Source of the DNA: the human T2T-CHM13v2.0 reference genome, Homo sapiens
Strand: one strand, 5' to 3'
DNA: 64,000 nt
Assembly: GCF_009914755.1 (NCBI RefSeq)
Contig: NC_060931.1
The position numbers were made by a program, and so were the translations under genes. The notes under the pieces are model-generated. The model searched no databases and had not been told where the DNA came from. It was given only the letters and a program-made list of their open reading frames with translations. This document shows, piece by piece, positions 25,101 to 38,065 of this stretch (positions are counted from its first letter, which is position 1; every line of letters starts with the position of its first letter).

Positions 25101-26526
25101 TGGGGGGCTGAAGGAAAGAAAACTATTAAAAATAGTATGTCTACATTTTCTGCGGAAGAACAAAGAAACCTATTTTTTTCGTAGAAAGAGAAATTTCACA
25201 AATGTGTTAATATTTTTGCATTTTACTTATTTTCCTTAATAGAGGTTAAAAGTGCCAAAAGATATTTAATATTAATACTATTTGCAACAGCATGGGGCTT
25301 TGCACTTTAACAGCTTCTAACCAGCAAAAATTGTGCTGCAAATACATATTTGTGAGCTTGTTATTTTAGTTAATTACATACTTGATTAGACACCATGGCA
25401 GAACCTGGCAGTTATTATGACTACAAGTAAATGTTTATTTTTGTAGTTCTAGATTTTATAACATAATAACTAAACAAGGACTAAAAATTTTTAGCCATTA
25501 GCCTTTGTGAGTCATCTATGTCTTTAAATAGAGTGCCTTGTTTGACAGTTTTAATAAACATGGTGGGTAAAGCAGTTGAAAAATTCATTGCAAGACCAAG
25601 ATTCTTAGGTTTTTTTTAAAAGTAATTGTGTGTAAGTTTGTTCATTTACATATGGCAAACGCAATGATCATTAAACCTTCAAAAATATCTTTAGAAAAAT
25701 GATAAAATAGAAACATAATTTTCAGAACTATCAGTAACTGAAAGTTAAATTGTTTTTCTCTATATGTAGCTAAAACACAAAAAAATGACTATTTCTTATA
25801 AAAGATAACAATTAAATACTAGAAGAAAACGGTATGTTTAACAAAAGCTCTACAGTCAACAGGACTATATTTTTTAAATGACCATCATACTGTCTGCATA
25901 TAGTCAACTTGTTTTAATCTTTCATGCTTTATTTCCCTTGCTTTAGATTACTATTGTTCAATAAAAAGAAAACGCAGAATGGTCTTTTATTAAACAAACC
26001 ACAGTATTATTTGTAACATAGCTTATCCAAGTCATTTTCTTTCTCAGTACCACATTGAAAAGGAATATTTTAATACTGCCTCGACTGTCAGGACACAATT
26101 ATTAAAAAGAAGGTACAGGGTGAACTTTTATTCTGCAAATACATGGACACTACTTATTCAAAGATTATTAGAATGTAAACTAAAAAATTTGCCATTATCA
26201 GGTATGTATTATAAGATATTTTAAAGAAGGTTCTTCAGGCATGAGTGAAGTGATACCAGATAGTAACTTTGATCTATATAAATGAGGATCACTAGAAATA
26301 GTATGTGATTTTTTTCAGAATATGTTTTATTTTATCTTAACTTTATTAAAGGACAAGGGACTGCTTAAGACAGTAATGAAATTATACTGAGGCATTTCTG
26401 CAAAGGCACATATTATAATAAAAATAGTATGATAGATGGGTAGTATAAATATTACATTATATGTGAGGTAGTTTAACTTTATTTCAAGAGAGACACTAGT
26501 AAGTTACAGAAACATACTTTAATCTC

Positions 26527-26732
26527 AGGGGACTAATAGACACTGAGGGCTACATGTGAGTGGAGAGTTGAAGGAGGATGAGACTGAAAAAACTACCTAT
26601 TGGGTACTATGCTCACTACTTGGGTGATAAAATAATTTGTATACCAAACCCCAGTGACACAATTTACCCGTGTAGCAAACCTACACATGTAGTCACTGAA
26701 CCTAAAGTAAAAGTTGAAAAATAAAAAATAAA
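26527..26732 (+). mobile_element. L1PA15/16-like 3' terminal fragment
   Basis: AATAGACACTGAGGGCTAC...GAAAAACTACCTATTGGGTACTATGCTCACTAC...AAACCCCAGTGACAC...TGAACCTAAAGTAAAAGTTG with an A-rich tail. Confidence 0.85.
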
Positions 26733-27869
26733 ATTGTGGGATACATTCAAAATCATACTTAGAGGCAAATCATAGCTTTGAGTGCTTATATTATTAAAAA
26801 ATGTTTAAGATCAATGGTTTAATACATAAAGAATATGTCTTTTTTAAAAAAAAAGACACCAAAGCAATTCAGTGGTGCTGAAAACTACAACACACACACA
26901 CACAAACACCCTTTCTCTTAACTCACACTGTACACAGATTTCAACATGGATCAAAGACCTGATACAAGAGTTAAAACTATAAACCTTCCAGAAAAAATAA
27001 TAAGAAAATCTTGTTATGACCATGATGAGTAAGTAAAAATTTCTTAGAATACAGAAATGTTTAAAACCATAAGATCAAAAATTTGTTAATTGTACTTCAT
27101 TAAAATTAAAAACTTGTACAAACTAGAAACACTGCTAATAAATAGCTAAACCACAGCTTAGGCAAATATATTTGTAGTATCTGACAGAGGATTTGTATCT
27201 AGAATACATAAAGAATGCTTATACTTAATAAAAAGACAAACTTCTAGTTAAAATTGGGCAAAAGACTGTAAGAGATAATTTGCAAAAGAAGATATTAAAA
27301 TGGGCAATCAACACCTGAAACATTTTGCTGAGCATTATTAGTTGCAACTGCAAATTAAAATAGCAATAATATTTCACTACATATTCACTAGAATGGCTCT
27401 ATTTTTAAATTATTCACAATATCAAATGTTGGCAGGGATGTGAAGCAACTGGAGCAGGTGTGCAGTCCTGTGGGAGTGTAAAATGGCACAACCCTGTTGA
27501 AAAACTTTTTTGGCAGTCTTTTTATAAATTTAAATCCATGCCTACTCCAAGACCCAGCAATTTCTTCTCAAGACATTTACCTGAGAGAAATAAAAAGTGT
27601 ATTCATAGAAGACTTTTATAAGAATGTTCACTGCAGCTCTATTTACAGTATCCCTAAACTGGAATCAACCCAAATGTCCATCAGTAGATAAACTGTTATA
27701 TACAATGGGGAATCTCGTCAGCATTTGGAAGGAATCAACATAGATGAGTACCAAAAATATTATGCAGAGCAAAAGAAGTCAGATGTAATACCTGATTCTG
27801 ACTTTAGCATAATACCTGGTGAATTCAGTTATAAGTACAGACAAACTAAGCTATGGTGATGAATTGGCT
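26733..27869 (+). mobile_element. Old L1 (L1MC/L1ME-like) ORF2 3' part
   Basis: AAAACTATAAACCTTCCAGAA...GGGCAAAAGAC...CACTAGAATGGCT...GACCCAGCAATT...AACCCAAATGTCCATCAGTAG. Homology resumes briefly after the LTR. Confidence 0.8.
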
Positions 27870-27873
27870 CTAT

Positions 27874-28326
27874 TGAGACTGGCCCTATTGTCCCATAGAA
27901 CTGATGTTTATAGTCTTTTTTAATAAACATAGAAATTGATCTGCTCTTAAAGCTTGCAACTTGTATTTGTCTTATCTAAGTTCCTTTCTCAAGAAACCGA
28001 CCCTCAGGCTTCCTAGACAGTATCAAGAAACTGGAACTCACCAGATTCCCACATCCAGACAATGAGAAGCCAGGCGTCTCATTTCTCATGATTTCATGAT
28101 TTTGTTGACTCTTCCTAATTACTATTTTCTGGCATATAGATACATTCCTCCCCTGATATATAAACCTCCAATGTTAGTCTGTCAGGAAGATGGATTTGAG
28201 ACTGATCTCCTATCATCTCAACTGCAGCACCTGAGTAAAGCCTTCTCCCCTAGCAATACCTGTGGCCTCAGTGACTGGCTTTCTGTGCTATTAACCACAA
28301 GACCTAGACCTGAAGTTTTGGTAACA
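27874..28326 (+). mobile_element. ERV1 solo LTR (MER39/MER39B-like)
   Basis: TGAGACTGGCCCTATTGTCCCATAGAACTGATGTTTAT...TTTTGGTAACA with TG/CA ends, a TATA-like TATATAAA and an AGTAAA poly(A) signal. Exact 4-bp TSD CTAT on both sides. Confidence 0.85.
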
Positions 28327-28472
28327 CTATCACTATTAATAAAATTATTGCCTCCGGAAGTAGGAAGTGGGGATTGGTAGAAATAAAACACAGGGAAATA
28401 CCTGGGGTGACCACACTTCATAGAGGTGTGGGTTGTATGGGTTAAGCATTCCTCAACATACATGAAGCTGCT

Positions 28473-28740
28473 TTTTTTTTTTTTTTTTTTTTAGACTGAG
28501 TCTCGCATTGTTGTCCGGGCTGGACACAATCTCGGCTAGTAAGCCTCTGCCTCCCAGGTTCAAGTGATTCTCCTGCCTCAGCCTCCCGAGTAGCTGGGAT
28601 TACAGGCACCCGCCACCAATCCCAGCTAATTTTTTGTATTTTTAGTAGAGATGAGGTTTCACTATGTTGGCCAGGCTGGTCTTGAACTCCTGACCTCATG
28701 ATCTGCCCACCTCGGCCTCCCAAACTGCTGGGACTACAGG
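28473..28740 (-). mobile_element. Alu SINE (AluS), slightly 5'-truncated
   Basis: Poly-T, Alu body ending CTGGGACTACAGG. TSD GAAGCTGCT at 28464-28472 and 28741-28749. Confidence 0.95.
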
Positions 28741-28962
28741 GAAGCTGCTCATTTTAACCTGTGCATTTCACTACTTGTATGTGATACTTCGATTCTAAAA
28801 GGTCAGTTTAACAACCTTAAGGTGCTTTGATAACTCACAAAAAAATATACCACAAATTTATTTAGTGTTTGAATTCTGGAATATGTACCATTTAGATGTC
28901 TGAAAATATAGTCTCATTTTCATTCTTTAGCCTATAACTTATTTGTATTTAATGCTTTAAAT

Positions 28963-29500
<538 letters not shown>

Positions 29501-31204
29501 CTTTAAATAATATACGGTTATGAGCTGTAGCATTTTATTTTATACTATACTACACTACATATTTTCTCTGACACCTTCTTTAAAGAAATGGCTTTCCGAA
29601 CTTATATAAATAATCAATATAACTATGGAAGCAATTATTATTTCAGATGTGTTTAGGAAAGCAAAATTTTGAAAGATGATTATGAATACTTAGTAGCTTA
29701 TTCCATAAGACAAGATTATGCACCAATTGAACGGGGAGTTGAATGGGCACTAAATTATAAAGAACATCATAGAAAAGGACATCTGTCCATAGAAGCTCAA
29801 TGAGCATGATATTTAAATATATTTGATTATGATTTAGAGTATGTAGCATAATAGATTTTCAGTCAGATGTTAAGGCAGAAAAAGAAATATTATTTTACTA
29901 ATTGTAATTTTCAATAATATAAACCATTCTAAGCATTCATTACTGCCACATTCTTAGAACATTTCATTTCCTTCCTTCTCCATGTAAATTGTTTGTATGA
30001 CAACTGGGAGCTAAGGGTGTAGTCTTCTCCTTTTTTCAGTGTTTTCACATTGCCATGGAAAACTTTGAAAGATCATGTTAACAGTTCCAAAAATATGCTT
30101 CAATTATTTGCTTCTTATGACCTAATTGTTCTTAAAGCCTGGCATTATTCTTTAGTCTTGTGCCTCACTGAATACATTGAAATTCCACGTGTATTTTCAA
30201 CTCAAAAGATGACCTGTGCATATTTGGCCATTACTTACAGACATCTCCACATTTAAAAAAATAATGACAGTAAAAAACATGTGAATCCAATATCCAGACT
30301 AAATAAAATGTGGATTCCTGAGTGCAAAGAAAATATGGAAGCTGGAAAATACCCCACTTCTCTACTTTCCCAACTCTCAAATTTGGCTGGTTCATGTTTG
30401 CACTATTAAAGTCAGTGAGAAAGATATTGCTGAATATGTGGAAGACTCTTCTTTGATTGTATGACCATTCTATCATACATTTTTCTCTTTTAGTAATAGG
30501 TTAAAATTCTCTTTCATCAGCTATGGATAATTCTCCTTCTCTAGAGTGATATTTTTGCATTCTTATTCTTTTATATTTCATTATTGTAGATGATTAGAAT
30601 TGTGAGTAGTTCCAGTTATTGATATCTACTCAAACACTTAAATCTAATACATATGCAAATGTAAGAATATATATCTTTTTAAAAAATCATTTTATATTTT
30701 TAATACCTCTCTTTGTTTTCAGCTACAGTTCTCTTATTTTTTATTTTCTCCATATTTAAAAACTGTACATTCCAGAAATAGCTGGTCCAAGTGATGCTGC
30801 ATTTCTGCAATGTGATGCCTTTTCAGTGGAACAAAATTCTGTATATTCAACTAATGTTGTAATGATTAAAAATTTATGTATATAACACTTTTAGGATATT
30901 AAGAATTTTACAGGTTTGAGAAGAAAAAAAGAACATAATTGTGTATTTGCAAAGGCTACACTGAAATGGTAGAAATCCAGTTGTTTTTCCTTGTACCAGT
31001 AAATCTAAATGAGAGGTGACAATGTCTTTTATAACTATCTCTAGATAATCTCAATTATAAAAAATGTTTACTATACCACAATCAGCCTTAGAAATAATGA
31101 TAAATCAATTATACTGAGAAATGTTTTTCTTTTTTGTCATTTCCATGGCTAAAATCTTAAACTTTTTTTTTTTTGGTACCAAATTCAGGGTATTATGTCT
31201 TTGT

Positions 31205-31315
31205 ATCTTCCCTCCTTTCCCCTTCTTTGTTCCTTTTTCTTGCTTCTTTTTTCCTTTTTTCCTCCTTCTTTCCTCCCTTCATTAGTTCCTTCTTTACTTT
31301 TTTCTTTTACTTTTG
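31205..31315. repeat. CT-rich polypyrimidine low-complexity tract
   Basis: Directly visible TTCC/TTTC-rich run. Confidence 0.8.
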
Positions 31316-32589
31316 CTCACTAAGTGTTTTTGTAGCAGTTAACCTAAACTAGTTTTATTTTGAGTGCTTCTCCCTTTCAAGTCACTTAAGCTTTTCTCTT
31401 TTCCCCTCATGTTTATATTATTTTTTAGCTTTCAGGTAAAGTCTTACACAATTATTTTCCTGAATTTAATTATGCAACTTTAAGGATTAATACTGGAGTT
31501 GAGCAGATTTATACAGCACTCAATTCTGTGAATTACATTTCCAGGAGTATCTCTTCTGGTCACTCCAAAGGTCCCTTAGGTGGCATATACCTCAGACCAC
31601 CTAGAAGTAATGAAGATTCTCCTGTCCAAGCTATGGCAGTTTTCTACCCCATTCATAGGTTTCATCAGCCACTGCTCAGATCCTTTAAGCCACCTATCAC
31701 AATGACAAGAATTGTGAAAGAAAACTTGGAAGGAAAAAAAGTGGTAGATGAAATACAAAGCAAAAATTCCAGATTTGGAGGGAGATAAAGAGTAGGATGT
31801 AAGTGGCATTGGAAAGAGAGAAGAAAACAAGTAGATAGATAAGAGAAAAGAAAGGAAAAAAGTACAATATTTGTAACATAAACCCTTACTTCATTTATTT
31901 CTACTTATGTAGTTGTCTCTGAAATTGTACTAGATGAAATTAGTCATTATGACTATTTGCAAAGGTATTAAAATCTATACAAAATATCAGTTATGTTTTC
32001 ATCATAGTGGAAATGTATAGAGCAGACTTTGTATGCAGAAATGTATATATAGAAATTCAAGGGTTTAACCAAATAGAAGATATAAACACCTACATTCAAA
32101 TTTTAAAATCTCATGCTTTATATAAAATTAAAAGTTGGGGAGAAATCAAGAGCAATGCATTGTTAAGAGATTAAATTTCTTGTTTCTATACATGTTAGTG
32201 ATCATAGATGGCTTAGTGTAACTACAAAATATAATTGAAATCAATTGAGAAATAATTGAAATCAAGGCAAAACTAAAAAATATATATTATATATAATCAT
32301 TATTTTGTATTTTATTTTTATTTTTCTCTTTTTCTTGTGTTTCTAACACATTTTATTTGATATTTTGTCTATGGAAAAATTCATTTCTGCAGTCAAAAAC
32401 ATTAGGCTATTGTCATGTCATTGGCAAAAGAAGCAATAATAAATGAAAACTAGTATCCAGCTACACGGAATTGGTTAACCTACTGTGCAGATAAATGATG
32501 GACTATTATTGCAAACATTCGGAATTATGTTTCAAAACCAACTTGGAAGTAGGGGAATTGCAACTTGGCTTTTCAGTTTTCTTTGTCAC

Positions 32590-33660
<1,071 letters not shown>

Positions 33661-35031
33661 TAATATTTATTTCTAGATTCCTATGCATTCTTAATTTTCT
33701 AAAATAATCATATAATCATTTATTGCATCTAAAAAAGAAAGAATATATACATATATGTATATATATCCTACTTTCAATATTTTAGAATAATTGGCTTGGC
33801 GTGTTAGGATGATAAAAAGAGTTAATGCTGTTATAAAAAGAAAAGAACATTTAAAAGACATTTTAAAATGAGAAACACTTTGTTCCATTGCAATATATAG
33901 ATATTTTATTTCATTTATTACAGAGTGAAATTAATAAGATTATACAGAAATAGTGTCAGAAAAATACCTATTATCTTTTATTGTATATGAAAATAATGGC
34001 TAAGTTACATGGTTTACTTCAAAATATCCAAGACCATAAAAAATTCCTTCTATTTGTCTTCAAATATTAAAAAGACAGAAGACATACCTGGAAACATCAT
34101 TGTTGAGAATGACCACATTGAAAACCTGAAAATGAAAGCTAAATTACCATGTCATTAAACTGATAATGTATAGGTTAGAATTAATGCAGACTCAGTGTTT
34201 GGTATTATTGCTTTCCTGGTTATTTTGAGTAAATGGAAACCATATATAAAATTTTGATATAATATGGATTTTATATCCCCATAATTTACCATGAACTCAT
34301 TGAATATTAGAGATTTAAAGAAACTTAGACCCTATATGGAAGAATTTATTTCATGTCACATAAGAAAACTGAGACCCAGAGACCACAAACCACTTTTCTT
34401 CAGTTTGGCAACAGAAATTAATACAACAAATGCTTAAAGTTAGTAATCCTAACACATTATCTATTGCTTATTATTGCATAATCGATGATGCTAAATTTCC
34501 CTAAACTGGCATTGTCATGCACACTTTGGCTGTGTTCTTTAATGTAAACAAAAATCCTGAAACTCGCATTATAACCCAAGGGATCCAAAACTTGTGAACA
34601 CAAGAAGATGGGGGATAGCCATCAGTCAGGGATAAGAATATGTCACTGATCATCACTTTCTTCTTTATGCTTACTTACTTCCAGATTTCACTCCTAGGTT
34701 GGCAGTTGCCAAAATCGGGCATCGTCTCAATGTCTCAATGTTACAAGCAATGAGAGAGGCTAAAACACAAAGGGAGATGGACATATAAATGGGGCAGGTC
34801 ATCTATTTTCTAGTCAAAGCTACCATGTTATTGTACAATCTCAGCAGGAAGGGATCTTAAAGACCATCTGATGACATTTCACAAAAGATGCATGTGAATC
34901 TCTATGGAATGCTTTTCAAGGGCTTTTCTAGGTTATGACTGGACACATTTTTGTGAAAATAGAAATATTATTTCTTATGAAATACCTTTATAACTTTGAA
35001 TGATTCCTTTTAAAAATTTTAGATTCAAGGA

Positions 35032-37304
35032 TGATATGGTTTGGCTGTGTCCCCAACCAAATCTCATCTTGAATAGTAACCTGCGTAATCTCCATGGGTC
35101 ATGGGAGGGACCTAGCTGTAGATCATTGAATCATGGGGGTGGTTTCCACCCCCATGACAGTGTTCTCATGACAGTGAGTGGGTTCTCATGAGATCTGATG
35201 ATTTTATGATCATCTGGCATTTCCCCTGCTAGCACTCATTCTCTCTCCAGCCACCCTGTGAAGAGGTGTCTTCCACCATGATTGTGAGTTTCCTGAGGTC
35301 TCCCCAGCCATGCAGAACTGTGAGTCAATCAAACCTCTTTTCTTTATAAATTACCCAGTCTCAGGTATTTCTTCATAGCAGCATGAGAATAAACTAATAT
35401 AGTAAATTGCTGCCAGGAGTAGAGTATTACTACAAGATACCTGAGAATGTGGAAGCGACATTGGAACTGGGTAATAGGCAGAGACTGGAACAGCTTGGAG
35501 GACTTAGAAGAAGACAGAAATATGTGGGAAAGTTTGAAACTTCTTAGAGACTGGTTGAATGCCTTTGACCAAAATGCTGATAGTGCTCTGAACAATAAAG
35601 TCCAGGCTGAGGTGATCTCAGATGGAGATGAGAAATTTGTTGAGAACTGGAGTAAAAGTCACTCTTCCTATGCTTTACCAAAGAGACTCGTGGCTTTTTG
35701 CCCCTGCCCTAGAGATCTGCGGAACTTAGAACTTGAGAGAGATGATTTAGGGTATCTGGCAGAAGATATTTCTAAGCAGCAAAGCATGCAAGAGGTGACA
35801 AATCATAAAAGTTTGAAAAATTTGCAGCCTGACAATGCGATAGGAAAGAAAAACCCATTTTGTGGAGAGAAAGTTAAGCCTGCTGCAAAAATTTGCATAA
35901 GTAACAAGGAGCTGAATGTTAATCACCAAGACAATGGAAAAAATGTCTCCAGGGCATGTCAGACACCTTTATGGCAGCCCCTCCCATCACAGGCCCAGAG
36001 GCCTAGCAGTGAAAAATGGTTTTGTGGGCCAGAGTCAGGGCCTCCCTGGTCTGTGCAGCCTCAGAACATGGTGCCCTCCGTCCCAGCTGCTTCAGCTTTG
36101 GCCATGGCTAAAAGGAGCCAAGGTACAGCTCAGGCCATTGCCTCAGAGGGTGCAAGCCCCAAACTTTGGTGGCTTACACAGGGTGTTGGGCCTGCAGGTG
36201 CACAGAAGTCAAGAACTGAGGTTGGGGAACCTCTGCCTAGATTTCAGAGGGTGTATGGATAAACCTAGATGTCCAAGCAGAAGTTTGCTGCGAGGGCAGA
36301 GCCCTCAGGGAGAACCTCTGCTAGGGCAATGGAGAAGGCAAAATGTGGGATTGGAGCCTCTACACAGAGTTCCCACTAAGCCACTGCCTAGTGAAGCTGT
36401 GAGAAGAGGGCCACTGTCCTCCAGGCCCCAGAATGGTAGATCCACCGACAGCTTGTATCATGCACCTGGAAAAGCTGCAGACACTCAATGCCAACTCATT
36501 AAATCAGCCAGGAGGTGGGTTGTACCCTGCAAAGCCAAAGGGGAAGAGCTGCCCAAGGTCTTACCAGCCCAAGTCTTGTATCAGCGTGACCTGGATGTGA
36601 GACACTGAGTCAAATGAAATCATTTTGGAACTTTAAGGTTTAATGATTGCTCTATTGGATTTTGGACTTGCATGGGGCCCATCGCCCCTTTGTTTTGGCC
36701 AATTTCTCCCATTTAGAATAGGTGTATTTATCCAATGCCTGTACCCCCATTGTGTCCAGGAAGTAACTAACTTGCTTTTGATTTTACAGGCTCATAGGCA
36801 GAAGGGACTTGCCTTGTCTCAGACAAAACTTTGAACTTGGATTTTTGGTTTAATGTTGGAATGAGTTAAGACTTTGGTAGACTGTCAGGAAGGCACAATT
36901 GTGTTTTGAAATGTAAGGACATGAGATTTGTGAGGGGCCAAGGGCAGAATGATATAGTGTGTCCCCACCCAAATCTCATCTTGAATTGTAATCCCCATAA
37001 TCCCCTTGTGTCATGGGAGGGACTCAGTGGGAGGTAACTGAATCATGGGGCTGGTTCCCCCATGCTGTTCTCATGATAGTGAGTGAGTTTGCACAAGATA
37101 TGATGGTTTAATAAGCATCTGGCATTTCCCCTGCTGACACTCATTCTTTTCCTGCTGTCCTGTGAAAAGGTGACTTCTGCCATGATCATAAGTTTTGTGA
37201 GGCCTCCCCAGTCATGTGGAACTGTGAGTTAATTAAACCTCTTTTCTTTATAAATTACCCAGCTTGGGTATTTCTTCATAGCAGCATGAGAATGGACTAA
37301 TACA
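35032..37304 (+). mobile_element. Full-length THE1 (THE1C-like) MaLR provirus: 5'LTR 35032-35401, internal 35402-36949, 3'LTR 36950-37304
   Basis: Two homologous LTRs (TGATAT...CCAAATCTCATCTTGAAT...CATCTGGCATTTCCCCTGCT...AAACCTCTTTTCTTTATAAATTACCCAG...CTAATAYA), a ~1.55-kb THE1-int region and a polypurine tract before the 3'LTR. Confidence 0.96.
35447..36262 (+). pseudogene. THE1-int (MaLR gag-related) ORF remnant, 271 codons open
   Basis: WNSLEDLEEDRNMWESLKLLRDWLNAFDQNADS...RLVAFCPCPRDLRNLELERDDLGYLAEDISKQQS is typical MaLR internal ORF sequence. Homology continues frameshifted in the 3' part of ORF 35916-36608. Confidence 0.85.
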
Positions 37305-37630
37305 AGGGGGACCATGTGATGCAATATAATACACGGTTATATTGCATTACACTGCAGTTTGGGGTACAAATAATCCCATCACCCAGGTATTGAGCACAGT
37401 ACCCAACAGGTAGTATTTTAGCCCTTACCCTCCTCCTCTTCCCTCACCACAGTATTCCCCACTGTCATTTTTATGTCTATATGTACCCAAAGTTAAGTTC
37501 CCATTTATCAGTGAGAGCATGTGGTATTTGGTTTTCTGTTCCTATATTAATTCAATTAGGAAAATGGCCTCCACCTGCATGCAGGTTGCTGCAAAGGACA
37601 TAATTTTCATTCTTTTTTATGGCTGCATCT
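37305..37630 (-). mobile_element. L1PB/L1PA16-like 3' fragment, host of the THE1 insertion (terminal ~25 bp lie at about 35008-35031)
   Basis: TTTGGGGTACAAATAATCCCATCACCCAGGTATTGAGCACAGTACCCAACAGG...GTGAGAGCATGTGGTATTTGGTTTTCTGTTCC...GCTGCAAAGGACAT. Confidence 0.85.
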
Positions 37631-37844
37631 TTGAGTAATTATACATTTTAAAATCATTTTAAGTATCTTCCAGTGAATTTCTCCCTATGATCCTAATTTA
37701 TGGATTTTTTAAATCTCTCAATACATACAGATATATACATGGGTGCATGTGTGTGTGCGTGTGTGTATGTGTGTGAAGAGTTAAATAATCTCTCCAGTTG
37801 AAATCTGAATAAGACAGAGTCTCAAATAATTATCGCCTTCATAA

Positions 37845-38065
37845 TGAAAATAGTAATTTTTATTATATCTAGGAGTTCAGAAAATTCTTGTGCCAGACTT
37901 TGTGTAAAACATTTACTCACATTATTTCATGCAACTATACAACAAACTAATGAAATAATATTATTAATCCCAATCTTTGTGACTAAGAGAGGTTATATAA
38001 CCTGCCCTAGGTCACACAGCTACTAATGGTAGAGCCATTTGAATTCAGAGTCTTTGTTCTCTGCT
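37845..38065 (-). mobile_element. MIR SINE
   Basis: TGTGCCAGAC...ATTATTAATCCCAAT...GACTAAGAGAGGTTATATAACCTGCCCTAGGTCACACAGCTACTAATGGTAGAGCC. Confidence 0.8.

Noticed and set aside
31528-31788. 86-aa ORF in unique sequence
   Set aside because: GTG start, no domain I recognise, and similar-sized ORFs overlap on the opposite strand, consistent with chance.
35916-36330. N-terminal part of the 230-aa ORF as a second gene
   Set aside because: It is an alternative frame of THE1-int. Only its 3' part follows the ancestral MaLR frame, after a frameshift.
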